Numbered from the stretch's first letter, positions 9,672-18,946 are shown. The stretch: DNA of 64,000 bases from an uncultured Acidobacteriota bacterium (GCA_963839475.1 CAWIVH010000021.1:585265-649264), one strand, 5' to 3'. Numbers and translations are program-made. The notes: generated by a model not told the origin, from the letters alone.

Positions 9672-10745
9672 TCATTCGCCACCGGATTTCCCGTACCAGG
9701 TCACCTCTCCGGTCAGAGCCTTGAGAAATTCTACGAGGTCTTTTTTTTCCTGCTGCGTCAGATTCAGCCGCTTCATTTTGGGGGAAAGCCACTTGTTCGG
9801 GTGTCCGCCCTCAACATAGAAATCCACGACTTCTTCCAGCGTTTTCTGCGATCCGTCGTGCATATAGGGCCCGCGTTCAGAAACATTTCTGAGGGTCGGA
9901 GTTTTAAAAGCACCCTGGTGGCCCTCAAGTTTGGTCACTTCATAGCGTCCCAGATCTGGTTTTTTCGCGGTCATTCCCACGCCGATGTTGTTGTAGTTTT
10001 CATCGGTGAAATTCGGGCCGGCATGGCAGGTCTCGCAGTTCCCTTTATTTTCATCTTTGAAAATCCGCATACCCCTTTGCGCGGATTCGCTCATGGCGTC
10101 TTTCCTACCCGCCAGAAAAAGGTCATAGGGGCTGTTGCCGCAAAGGATTGTTCGCTCAAAGGCAGCGATGGCCATTCCGATTGTTTCCTTGTCTATCCGG
10201 CCTTCTGGAGGGAAGGCCGCTTTGAATGCCATGACGTAAGCCGCATCCTCCGACAGCCGTGCGGCCGCAATCTTCATATCCGGCATCCCCATCTCCACCG
10301 GGTTCATCACAGGTCCTGTGGCCTGTTCTTCCAGTGAAGCGGCTCTCCCGTCCCAGAATTGAGCTCCACTGAACACCCGGTTGATGGCCGTCGGTGCATG
10401 GCGAGTCCCCTTTTTGCCGCCGACGCCGGTCGATAGCTGTTCGGGATCGGCAAACACCTTTTCCGGCTGATGGCAGGAGGCGCACGAAAGGGATCGATCC
10501 ATGGAAAGCGATCTCTCGAAAAACAACCGCCGACCGAGCTTGACCTTTTCCAGGGTCAGCGGGTTATTTGGCGGAATAAAGGCGCTGTCAGCGGATAGTC
10601 CAACTGGGTATAACAGCACAAAGGGAGCCGTCTGGGCAGGTGTCGGGGAAGATTCTTTCCTTATATTTCCGGATTGGCAGGCTTGAAGAAGGATAATCAG
10701 AGGCACCACGGCCCTTATCGATAAACGCTGGATTCTACCATCCAC
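9672..10745 (-). CDS. Di-heme cytochrome c peroxidase (CCP/MauG family) lipoprotein
   Basis: Lipobox LLQAC; two CxxCH motifs (CASCH, CETCH); QFWDGRA; FKTPTLRN; PYMHDG. Confidence 0.92.
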   Translation of the reverse strand: MDGRIQRLSIRAVVPLIILLQACQSGNIRKESSPTPAQTAPFVLLYPVGLSADSAFIPPNNPLTLEKVKLGRRLFFERSLSMDRSLSCASCHQPEKVFADPEQLSTGVGGKKGTRHAPTAINRVFSGAQFWDGRAASLEEQATGPVMNPVEMGMPDMKIAAARLSEDAAYVMAFKAAFPPEGRIDKETIGMAIAAFERTILCGNSPYDLFLAGRKDAMSESAQRGMRIFKDENKGNCETCHAGPNFTDENYNNIGVGMTAKKPDLGRYEVTKLEGHQGAFKTPTLRNVSERGPYMHDGSQKTLEEVVDFYVEGGHPNKWLSPKMKRLNLTQQEKKDLVEFLKALTGEVTWYGKSGGE

Positions 10746-10805
10746 AGCTTTCCACCTCCGGCGAAGGGGATTTTGAAAAAGGCGGGACCGTCGGCACCCC
10801 GATGA

Positions 10806-11297
10806 TCAGCCAAGAAGCTGATCGATACGATAAAGCATGCCCTCGCGGGTGTAGGATGCCAATTCCACAATCCCGGTATCCATGCGTATGGCATCCTCCG
10901 GACATGCTTCCACACAGAATCCGCAAAATACGCATACGCCAAGGTCGATGTCGAAGATCTTGGGCATTTTTTCCACGTTGGGATCGGGATGCTCCATGGC
11001 AACGATGTGAATGCAGCGAGCCGGGCAGACGGTTTCACACATCATGCAGGCTACGCAGCGGGGCGTCCCGTCGTTTCGTTTCATCAAACGGTGACGCGTG
11101 CGCAAGCGACGCGCAAATGCCCGTCTCTCTTCAGGATACTGGATAGTGACCGTTTCTCCCTTGTCCAGCTTGAATCCGAGCGCGCGGAGCAGGTGCCGCC
11201 AGATATTGACCATGAAATGCCGTGTGGTCAGGGCAATACCCTTGGTCACTTCTGTGATGTACAGTCGTTCAAGCAGCCCCAGGGGTTCCTGTTTCAT
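10806..11297 (-). CDS. nuoI: NADH-quinone oxidoreductase subunit I
   Basis: TIQYPEE; CVACMMCETVCP and CVFCGFCVEACP 4Fe-4S motifs. Confidence 0.92.
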   Translation of the reverse strand: MKQEPLGLLERLYITEVTKGIALTTRHFMVNIWRHLLRALGFKLDKGETVTIQYPEERRAFARRLRTRHRLMKRNDGTPRCVACMMCETVCPARCIHIVAMEHPDPNVEKMPKIFDIDLGVCVFCGFCVEACPEDAIRMDTGIVELASYTREGMLYRIDQLLG

Positions 11298-11305
11298 GAG
11301 CGGGA

Positions 11306-11334
11306 ATAGTAGCGAAAAGCAATTATTGGTTCAA
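11306..11334 (-). promoter_or_regulatory. Putative leaderless sigma70 promoter of nuoI with an internal 7-1-7 Fur-like box
   Basis: TTGAAC-17 nt-TACTAT, ending 8 nt before ATG; AAGCAAT-T-ATTGGTT at 11317-11331. Confidence 0.55.
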
Positions 11335-11436
11335 GCAACAATCCTGCTGCCGATGGACGAAACCTCCCGCCATCGGAAGCGAATCCGACACGGAGAAGCC
11401 CTCCCGTGCCCGAGGGCTCTAGATCGTCCAGCCAAG

Positions 11437-12405
11437 CTAGACCGAAGAGGCAACCTCACTCACACGCTGGTGGATCAGGTCAAAATGACGCTGTTCTGCT
11501 TCTGCGAACTTCAGGAAGATCCGCTTCCCTTCCGTATCAATAAACTTCTCGGCAAAGTCCCGGATAAAATTGGCGGCGCGATTCTCGTACTCCGTGGCAA
11601 GGGCAAGCGCATCCCGTGCATCCAGGAACAACTGACCATCCTTCGCATAGGCTGAAATGTCCGGCTCAATCTTTTTCAGATCGGCCCGATTGAAATGCAG
11701 AAAAATAGGCGCCTGCTCCAATCCGCTCTCCTGCTCCTGGACTTTTTTCAGCTCAGCCTGCAGGCCCTCCAGGTGCAGTAATTCTTCACTTATTACCTCT
11801 TCCAGCACCTCCCGACCCTGCGGGTCGCGGTTTCTTGCGGCTAGTTCGCGGTAGAACTCAATTCCACGGTTCTCCAGCTCAATGGCCATTCTCAGCGCAT
11901 CCCGGGCAAAAACCTTTTCCGTATCGTTTTTGTGCGGGTCGGCAGCTCCGGGCTGGGCCTGGCAGTCCTGGCAGATGCCATAAATTTCCAGCCGGTGCAG
12001 CATCGGCCTAAAATTATATTGGCCCACAATAGAATCCTGGATGCGTTCCAATTCAGGCGAAATAAACTCGATTGCCTTGTGGCACTCCGTGCAAACGATG
12101 TGGTGATGGTGCGGGTGCCGATAATCGTGCTCGAACCGGGTCACATCGTCATGCAACATGATCATGCGCGCAATGCCGCAGTCGGTCAGGGATTTCAAGG
12201 TGCGAAATACGGTTACGATGCCGACCCGCCTATCCTTCTTTTTTACGAGTTCGTAGACATCTTCCACGCTCAGGTGCCCTTCAGCCCTGAGAAAAGTCTT
12301 AAGGATTAATTCCTTTTGATGAGTTTTCTTCAGCCCGTGTTGGCGAAGATAAGAATGGAAGAGCTGGATCTCCTCCTCGACTGCCTTGTGCTCAGCCACG
12401 ATCAA
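11437..12405 (-). CDS. Fur-family regulator fused to a rubrerythrin/ferritin-like domain
   Basis: N-terminal HLSVEDVY, TVFRTL, HHHHIVCTEC, GICQDC; C-terminal AIELENRGIEFY..EELLH and EYENRA..EAEQRH. Confidence 0.88.
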   Translation of the reverse strand: MIVAEHKAVEEEIQLFHSYLRQHGLKKTHQKELILKTFLRAEGHLSVEDVYELVKKKDRRVGIVTVFRTLKSLTDCGIARMIMLHDDVTRFEHDYRHPHHHHIVCTECHKAIEFISPELERIQDSIVGQYNFRPMLHRLEIYGICQDCQAQPGAADPHKNDTEKVFARDALRMAIELENRGIEFYRELAARNRDPQGREVLEEVISEELLHLEGLQAELKKVQEQESGLEQAPIFLHFNRADLKKIEPDISAYAKDGQLFLDARDALALATEYENRAANFIRDFAEKFIDTEGKRIFLKFAEAEQRHFDLIHQRVSEVASSV

Positions 12406-12479
12406 AACCCTCCCTGACTATTGGTAAACTCCCAGGGTAAATCAAAGCGATCATAACACTTCATCAGCTTTTGAAATCA

Positions 12480-13262
12480 TTAAAAATGTCGGCAGAGGAA
12501 AGTGTAACTGATTCTGTGCCGCTCCGAAGATAGGACCTCAAAATGACGCGCTGGGAGTAGGTGCTCCAGTTCCGCCATTTCAAAAAAACCGAACCGGATG
12601 AATCGTTCCAGCAAAGGGGCGAATCCTGCAGAACGGGCAGGCCTGATTGTGGTTTGAGCCGAGAAAAAACCGCCGGGAACCAGTACCCGAGCGATTTCAT
12701 CCAGCGCATCGGCCGGGCGATCGAAAAGATGTAAAGCACCGCAGCAATTCACCCGGTCAAAGGTCCCTGCCAGAAATGGCAGGCGAAACGCGCTGCCCCG
12801 CATATAGGTTATATTGGCGGCCGCTTCTTTTCGCGCGAGTCTTTGCCCCCGGCGCAGCATAGGCAGAGAAAGATCGAGTCCAATCACTTCGCAATCAACC
12901 TGCCGTGCCAGGGGCCTGGTAAAGATCCCAGTTCCACATGCAAGGTCGAGGACTCGATCTCCTTTGCGGCATTTTTGCAGCCCGAGCACAGAAGCCATTT
13001 CGCTGGAAAAACTTCGTGAACTGGCCATGAAGTATCCCAACGGGCGCCAAATCTTTTCGTAGATTGATACCACCGCCGAGGATTGCATGATTCTCTGAAA
13101 GGGAGTGATTACATCCGCGGTCCCGCCTGTCATGTCCAGGATCCCTTCCTGCAGGGGGTAGAATCGCATACAGGAGGAGCACTTTGCGGATCCCGAATGC
13201 CGTTCCATTGTGTTCGACCGGCAGTTCGGGCAGCAGAGGTGAGTTTCAATAATGGTTGGCAT
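12480..13262 (-). CDS. Class I SAM methyltransferase with N-terminal Zn-ribbon (Trm112-like)
   Basis: CPNC..CSSC; VLDLACGTG; GLDLSLPML; start reassigned to ATG 13262. Confidence 0.85.
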   Translation of the reverse strand: MPTIIETHLCCPNCRSNTMERHSGSAKCSSCMRFYPLQEGILDMTGGTADVITPFQRIMQSSAVVSIYEKIWRPLGYFMASSRSFSSEMASVLGLQKCRKGDRVLDLACGTGIFTRPLARQVDCEVIGLDLSLPMLRRGQRLARKEAAANITYMRGSAFRLPFLAGTFDRVNCCGALHLFDRPADALDEIARVLVPGGFFSAQTTIRPARSAGFAPLLERFIRFGFFEMAELEHLLPARHFEVLSSERHRISYTFLCRHF

Positions 13263-13272
13263 CGCGCCCTGC

Positions 13273-14022
13273 TTATGCGGCCCTGGTGAGAATTTCGGGA
13301 CCGTTGTCGGTGACGGCGACGGTGTGCTCGAAATGCGCCGAGGGTTTGCCATCTGCCGTAACCACCGTCCAGCCGTCAGCGAGCACCCTTACGTGGTCCG
13401 TCCCCATGTTCACCATGGGCTCAATGGCCAGGACCAATCCGGGTCGCAGCTTGATCCCCCGGCCGCCAGCGACGTAATTGAGAACCATCGGGTCTTCATG
13501 CAGTTTCCTCCCGATGCCGTGTCCTCCAAGTTCCTTGACTATGGAATATCCGTTGCTTTCGGCATGCTGTTGCACAGCCTTTGAAATGTCGGAAAGATGA
13601 TTACCGGAAACCATCTGTTCAATTCCCAGGTACAGAGAATCTTCCGTGACGCGGAGCAGTTTTTCGACTTCGGGAGAAATCTTTCCCACGGGGACGGTGA
13701 TCGCCGAATCGCCGTAGTAGCCATCGTATATAACGCCGAAATCCAGGCCGACAATATCCCCTTCCGATAGAACCCGATCTCCAGGTATCCCGTGCACGAC
13801 TTCGTGATTAAGGGACGCGCAGAGCGACCCGGGAAAACCGCGATAGCCCTTGAAAGCTGGCTTGCCTCCTCGTTTTCTGGTTTCCTCTTCCGCGATCCGG
13901 TCAAGATCGGCGGTTTTGATGCCAGGCGTGCAGTTCTCCCGAAGCGTCGCCAGAACGTCGAAGACAATTCGGCTTGCCTGACGCATGAGTTCCAGTTCGC
14001 GTTTGGATTTGAGGGTGATCAT
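13273..14022 (-). CDS. map: Methionine aminopeptidase type I
   Basis: VVHGIPG, GYYGDSA, GHGIG..LHEDP, AIEPM, SAHFEHT. Confidence 0.97.
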   Translation of the reverse strand: MITLKSKRELELMRQASRIVFDVLATLRENCTPGIKTADLDRIAEEETRKRGGKPAFKGYRGFPGSLCASLNHEVVHGIPGDRVLSEGDIVGLDFGVIYDGYYGDSAITVPVGKISPEVEKLLRVTEDSLYLGIEQMVSGNHLSDISKAVQQHAESNGYSIVKELGGHGIGRKLHEDPMVLNYVAGGRGIKLRPGLVLAIEPMVNMGTDHVRVLADGWTVVTADGKPSAHFEHTVAVTDNGPEILTRAA

Positions 14023-14059
14023 ACCAACGGCTCCATCCCATTCAAGCTTCCCCGATGGC

Positions 14060-14464
14060 CTAATTGACCCACTTCAGGTGATCAGGCGGGACGGGGATTG
14101 TGTCCGATAGGGGTCTGCGATGAGCAAAATTCTCCCAGGTTTTATGCGTGTAGAGTATTTTTGCTTCGCCATAGGTCCAGCAGTAAAGGAGCTCCGGATC
14201 CAAAGATTGAAAGTCTACCGTGAAGTACCCTTTGGGCGCCGCACCAAATTGCCGGATTTTGTCTGACCACTCCGCCAGGGCGGTTTTTACCTCATTCATT
14301 ACGGACTCTGGCATTTCGGCCTCCGGATCCAGCGGATCCAAATGGAGCCGATGTCGGATATCTTCCAGGCGATCCACGGCCTCTTCTGTCGCAGCCGCCA
14401 CCTGGGGAACTGCGGCATTGGCTTCGGCCAGGCTGAAGACCTTTACAGGCATGCTCGGTGTCAT
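14060..14464 (-). CDS. DUF2203-like protein
   Basis: FSLAEANA..P start; VDF..YCWTYGE..I.Y.H..FAHRRPL. Confidence 0.7.
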   Translation of the reverse strand: MTPSMPVKVFSLAEANAAVPQVAAATEEAVDRLEDIRHRLHLDPLDPEAEMPESVMNEVKTALAEWSDKIRQFGAAPKGYFTVDFQSLDPELLYCWTYGEAKILYTHKTWENFAHRRPLSDTIPVPPDHLKWVN

Positions 14465-14501
14465 CCTCGTATCTCCGACCGCCCGGGCGGCAGGCTATTC
14501 T

Positions 14502-15530
14502 TTATTTCAGGGTCTCGAAAACGCTGATGTTTCTCAACTGCGCCAGCCGCTCAAAAAACGGAATTGCTTTGCGCACCGTATGGGTATTAATCATGAAGCT
14601 GCCAAGTATCACAGGAAGCATCGGCCGCGCTGCGGGACAATTCTGGCAAGCGGTGTAGCCTTTCAGGTCTCTGGAAAGATGCGCCTCCCGCAGCCGAACC
14701 ATGGGATCAGAGTTCCAGATTTCGCCCAGGCTGTTCTTCCTCAGGTCGCCTACTGGCGCCTGCGGATAAATATAACAGCATGGGAAAACTGTGCCATCAT
14801 AGTGTATGTACATCGGCCCCCGCCAGAGGAGATAACAGGGATGCTTGAGCGGCGGCCGGTCTATGTTGTCTCCTGGGATAGCGCTCCCTTCGTTGTGGAC
14901 CTCATCTTTTTTGATCCGCACCTCATCGATCCCTTCGACTCGCCACATACGTATCAGGTCCGGAATCTCTTTCCGGTTGTCCTTGAGCGCCACCATTTGC
15001 ACAATACAAAAGATCTTCGAGCGAAGCTGTTTTTTAACCCGCAGGAATGCCAGGATGTTGTTTCTCACCTTTTCAAAGCTGGCCCCCTTGCGATAGGTTT
15101 CAAAGCTTTCCTTGGTTGCCCCATCGAAAGCAAAAATGATGTAGTCCAGTCCGGCTTCGATCAGCTTCCGGCTGGAATCCTCGTTAAGAATCGTGGCGTT
15201 GGTCGATATCCCGCAGGGGACGTTCGATTGCCTGCAATAGGCAATCATGTCGTAAATCTCGGGATTGAGCAGAGGCTCGCCAACACCATAGGGAACGGCA
15301 AATTCAAGAAAGTCTTTGGCCTCGTCGATTATTTTGCGGAAAAGCGGAAGTTCCATGTCTCTTGGGGGGAAATAAATATTCTCCCTGGGACACATCGGGC
15401 AGAACAGGTTGCACTTGGCGGTGCTTTCGATCGCAAGGGATAGCGGGCCGCCCGGAACTCGTGAGCTTCTTAACAGATAGCTTTTCAGCAGGCCCAGCCT
15501 GTTACGCAATTGAGCCGAGAGTGATGCCAT
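14502..15530 (-). CDS. Radical SAM protein with SPASM/twitch domain
   Basis: CNLFCPMC, GEPLL; C-terminal C..GTVFPCC..CQNC. Confidence 0.9.
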   Translation of the reverse strand: MASLSAQLRNRLGLLKSYLLRSSRVPGGPLSLAIESTAKCNLFCPMCPRENIYFPPRDMELPLFRKIIDEAKDFLEFAVPYGVGEPLLNPEIYDMIAYCRQSNVPCGISTNATILNEDSSRKLIEAGLDYIIFAFDGATKESFETYRKGASFEKVRNNILAFLRVKKQLRSKIFCIVQMVALKDNRKEIPDLIRMWRVEGIDEVRIKKDEVHNEGSAIPGDNIDRPPLKHPCYLLWRGPMYIHYDGTVFPCCYIYPQAPVGDLRKNSLGEIWNSDPMVRLREAHLSRDLKGYTACQNCPAARPMLPVILGSFMINTHTVRKAIPFFERLAQLRNISVFETLK

Positions 15531-15672
15531 TCAATACCTGCAGATGATGCCGAAATGCCTGGTCCCAGAAGCTCCCATCCTCTTGCTGCAGGACGCGCTT
15601 CTGAATCAGGCGAAGGACCGGGTTTAACTGCGGGGTATGGGCCTGCCTGCGCATAGCCGGAGGCGCCTGAGA

Positions 15673-17013
15673 TTATCGATCCAATTCACCCGCAATCATG
15701 TTGATCGAGCCGAAGGTGGCCACGATGTCGGCAACCATGTAGCCTTCCAGCATTTTGTGCAGGCCTGCCATGTTGAAAAAGCAGGGCGGCCGGACGCGAA
15801 CCCGATAAGGGCGATCATTGCCGCTGCTGACCACGAAAAAGCCCAGTTCTCCGTTGGCACCCTCAACGGCGAAATAGGTTTCCCCCACCGGCGGCCTGAT
15901 ACCGTGGTAATCCATGATCAGCTTGAAGTGGTTCATCAGCCCTTCGATGTTGCCGTAAGTGTCATCTTTACTGGGAAGAACAACGCGCTTGTCTGCGGGC
16001 ATGACCCGGTCGTGGTGATGGCGCTCCGTACCCTCAAGCGTTGGCTCCACCGTCGTTAAAATATTCACCAGGCCGGCGGTTTTGCCCATCTTCGCCTGGT
16101 CTACCAGATCAAAAGATGCAATCACCTTGCCTTCCGAATCGACATTTACGTCGCCGCCGGGAAGTTCCCTGATCGCCTGGCGGGTCATCCGGATGCTCTG
16201 TCGCATTTCCTCCATGCGGACCAGGTACCGGTCATAATTGTCTCCGCGTTCGCCCAGCGGGACCTCAAAATCCAACTGGTCATAGGCAAAATAAGGAAAA
16301 GCCTTTCGAACATCATAATCGATCCCGGAGGCACGGGCCATGGGTCCGGTAATAGCGTAGCTGAGTGCATCAGCCCGCGTCAGCACCCCGACATCCCTGG
16401 TACGGTCCACAAAAATCCGGTTGCGCGTCAGAAGCTTGTCGACATCCGCGATTTCCTTTTCCGTCTTTTTCAGCGCAACTTCAAGCCGATCCCCAAACCC
16501 CTCGGGCAGATCACCTTTAATTCCCCCGATCCGGCCATAGGAGACCGTGAGGCGCGCCCCTGTGACCTCTTCCACCAGCTCATACAAATATTCCCGCGCC
16601 TTCATCAGGTACAGGAAAGCTGTCATTGCCCCCAGTTCCATCGCCGATGCCGCAATACAAGTCAAATGGTCGGTAACACGGGAGATTTCACTCATGATCA
16701 CCCGTATAAATTTGCAGCGATCCGTGATCTCGATGCCTAGAAGCTTCTCGACAGCCGCACAGTAGCCGAAATTGTTAATCAGGGGCGACACGTAGTTCAG
16801 ACGGTCCGTATAGGGCATCACCTGAGTCCAACTGGACTCCTCGGCGCTTTTCTCGAAAGCTCGGTGAAGGTAACCGATTTCAGCCTCCACCTTGACCACG
16901 GTTTCCCCTTCCAGTTCCGTGATCAGGCGAATGACCCCGTGCATCGCCGGATGCGACGGCCCAATATTCAAAAGCATGTTTTTCACTTCTTTGATCGCAG
17001 CGGCGGATTCCAT
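15673..17013 (-). CDS. nuoD: NADH-quinone oxidoreductase subunit D
   Basis: NIGPSHPAMHG, GYLHRAFEK, DRLNY, EGANGELG, IAGELDR. Confidence 0.95.
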   Translation of the reverse strand: MESAAAIKEVKNMLLNIGPSHPAMHGVIRLITELEGETVVKVEAEIGYLHRAFEKSAEESSWTQVMPYTDRLNYVSPLINNFGYCAAVEKLLGIEITDRCKFIRVIMSEISRVTDHLTCIAASAMELGAMTAFLYLMKAREYLYELVEEVTGARLTVSYGRIGGIKGDLPEGFGDRLEVALKKTEKEIADVDKLLTRNRIFVDRTRDVGVLTRADALSYAITGPMARASGIDYDVRKAFPYFAYDQLDFEVPLGERGDNYDRYLVRMEEMRQSIRMTRQAIRELPGGDVNVDSEGKVIASFDLVDQAKMGKTAGLVNILTTVEPTLEGTERHHHDRVMPADKRVVLPSKDDTYGNIEGLMNHFKLIMDYHGIRPPVGETYFAVEGANGELGFFVVSSGNDRPYRVRVRPPCFFNMAGLHKMLEGYMVADIVATFGSINMIAGELDR

Positions 17014-17021
17014 GACGTCCC

Positions 17022-17495
17022 CTATAAGAGCTGCTTCTCTTTTTCGATTCTGGTCTGAAGCTTCATGAGCCCGTCGAGGACAGCCTCAGGCCGGGGCGGG
17101 CACCCCGGAATGTAAATATCGACCGGAATGATCGTATCAATCCCCTGAACAGTCGCATAGTTATCGTAAAACCCACCGGTGCAGGTACACACACCAAAAG
17201 CTACGACCCATTTCGGCTCGCACATTTGCTCGTACACACGCTTCAAAATCGGGGCAATTTTGTGGCTGACGGTCCCGACTACGAAAAGAACATCCGATTG
17301 ACGGGGCGAAAACCGAGGCAATCCCGCGCCAAATCGGTCGATGTCGTAGTGACCTGAGGCCGCTGACATATACTCCATGCCGCAGCAGGCAGTGACGAAT
17401 GGATACACAAATATGGAATACTTGCGAGCCCAGCCCACAGCACGCTCAAGTTTCGATGTGAAGAAACCCGGTCCCTCACCCTGATCAATCGCCAT
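17022..17495 (-). CDS. nuoB: NADH-quinone oxidoreductase subunit B
   Basis: TACCGME, SPRQSD, GVCTCTGG, YIPGCPPRPE. Confidence 0.96.
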   Translation of the reverse strand: MAIDQGEGPGFFTSKLERAVGWARKYSIFVYPFVTACCGMEYMSAASGHYDIDRFGAGLPRFSPRQSDVLFVVGTVSHKIAPILKRVYEQMCEPKWVVAFGVCTCTGGFYDNYATVQGIDTIIPVDIYIPGCPPRPEAVLDGLMKLQTRIEKEKQLL

Positions 17496-17535
17496 TTCAG
17501 TTCCTCTCGCCTGCCTTCATGGTTCCCCTGACGGC

Positions 17536-18027
17536 TCACTGAAGAATTACATCGAAAGTGGAAGGCACGCTCTCCCGCGGCATCAGATTGGCACAATCGG
17601 CGCAGCTCAGCGAATCCAGCAAGACCGTGTGATCGCATTTCTCGCAGGAATGGAGTAAGTGGATTGCGTCTGCCAATTCCTTTTTCAGTCTATTCAGCGC
17701 CTCGAGACGCTGATTCACAGCCTCCAACTTTTCCGAAAATATGCTGAGCAGGAATCCTACGGCTTCACGGCTCTCACCGGAAGTCTTTTTTGCCAGAAAA
17801 ATGTCCCGGATTTCAGTCAGGGTCAGACCCAGTTCCTTCAGGAAATTGACTACCTGGATCCGTTTGAGGTTTTCCTGGCCATAGAGCCGGAATCCTCCCG
17901 CACTGTGAGACTCCGGCTTCAGCAGTCCAAGCTCCTCATAGTAACGAATCGCACGGACGCTGACGCGAGCGCGTCCAGCAAAATCGCCTATTTGCATCAC
18001 CTCGTCTGATTTGCTCTTTTTTGCCAT
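17536..18027 (-). CDS. MerR-family transcriptional regulator with C-terminal CxxC-x10-CxxC
   Basis: IGDFA..VSVRAIRYYEELGLL, GFRLY, LKELGLTLTEI; tail CEKC..CADC; start set to ATG 18027. Confidence 0.9.
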   Translation of the reverse strand: MAKKSKSDEVMQIGDFAGRARVSVRAIRYYEELGLLKPESHSAGGFRLYGQENLKRIQVVNFLKELGLTLTEIRDIFLAKKTSGESREAVGFLLSIFSEKLEAVNQRLEALNRLKKELADAIHLLHSCEKCDHTVLLDSLSCADCANLMPRESVPSTFDVILQ

Positions 18028-18033
18028 CCTCTC

Positions 18034-18063
18034 AACCTTAACGTTAACGGCATAGTTTGTCAA
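18034..18063 (-). promoter_or_regulatory. merR-nuoBD promoter with candidate MerR operator
   Basis: TTGACA-17 nt-TAAGGT; dyad AACCTTAACGTTAACGGCATAGTT at 18034-18057. Confidence 0.7.
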
Positions 18064-18099
18064 GCGACGATGCCATTGCCTCTGGTACATGCCTGAAAA

Positions 18100-18501
18100 T
18101 CAAGGATTAAGGTAGCTGCGGGGGCAGCTCAATTCGATTTCAATGCAGTCGAGCTTTTCGACCAGGGACATGGGGCGCTTTCGAACCCGGACGGTCACTT
18201 TCCGCACAGGAAAGGCCTCCAGGATTTCCCGGGCCAGACTTTGCGCCAAAGTTTCCAGCAGGTTGTACTCCCTGGCGTGGGCGACCGCCTGGACTTTACG
18301 CAAAACCTGACTGTAGTTTATCGCCCGGTCCAGTGAATCGCTGGCGGCTGCAGCAGAAAAATCGCCCTCAAGAATGACATCCGTCTGACATGGCTGGGGA
18401 AGACGCCGTTCTCCGGGGGTAACTCCGATCCGCGGTCTGATTTTGACACCAAGCAAGGAAATTTTATCCGTACGTTCGCTTTCGGCATCCATCCCGTTCA
18501 T
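18100..18501 (-). CDS. folB: Dihydroneopterin aldolase
   Basis: IGVTPGER..Q, SDSL..AINYS, YNLLETLA, VRVRK. Confidence 0.88.
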   Translation of the reverse strand: MNGMDAESERTDKISLLGVKIRPRIGVTPGERRLPQPCQTDVILEGDFSAAAASDSLDRAINYSQVLRKVQAVAHAREYNLLETLAQSLAREILEAFPVRKVTVRVRKRPMSLVEKLDCIEIELSCPRSYLNP

Positions 18502-18560
18502 CCTTGCTCCATTATGGAATGACACCCGCACCTCGATGGATCAAGAATGTCATTTTGTGG

Positions 18561-18596
18561 AAAAAAAAACGCGGGCTGAGATCAACGCCCGCGTTT
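18561..18596 (-). terminator. Rho-independent terminator after erpA/iscA
   Basis: Minus strand AAACGCGGGC-loop-GCCCGCG followed by T9. Confidence 0.85.
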
Positions 18597-18625
18597 ATAG
18601 CCGAGTAACTTTCTGTGCCGGCGCC

Positions 18626-18946
18626 CTATGCGTGGAACGACTCTCCGCATCCGCAAGATCCCTTGGAATTGGGATTGTCAAACTTGAACCCGGAACCGGT
18701 CAATCCATCCACGTAATCCACCTTGGTGCCGGTCAGGTACAACAGCGACCGGCTATCAACAAAAACCTTCAGGCCGTCCTGTTCAAGCACCTTATCATCC
18801 GCCGACGGCTGTTTATCCAAAGCCATCTGGTATTGAAATCCCGAGCAGCCGCCTCCTACTACCGAAATCCTAAGGCCGCCCTCCCCGCCACGTTCCGCAA
18901 TAATGGATTTGACCTTTTCAACAGCCGTGCTGGTCAAAGTAAGCAT
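18626..18946 (-). CDS. erpA: A-type Fe-S carrier (IscA/ErpA, HesB family)
   Basis: GGCSGFQY and NPN..SCGCGESF; SD AGGAG before ATG 18946. Confidence 0.9.
   Translation of the reverse strand: MLTLTSTAVEKVKSIIAERGGEGGLRISVVGGGCSGFQYQMALDKQPSADDKVLEQDGLKVFVDSRSLLYLTGTKVDYVDGLTGSGFKFDNPNSKGSCGCGESFHA

Noticed and set aside
14502-15530. RiPP system around the radical SAM/SPASM gene
   Set aside because: No precursor peptide, RRE domain or transporter nearby
17536-18027. Calling the MerR protein SoxR or LiuR
   Set aside because: The Cys spacing differs from SoxR, and no matching operator was seen at the 2-oxoacid dehydrogenase operon, so it was left unnamed
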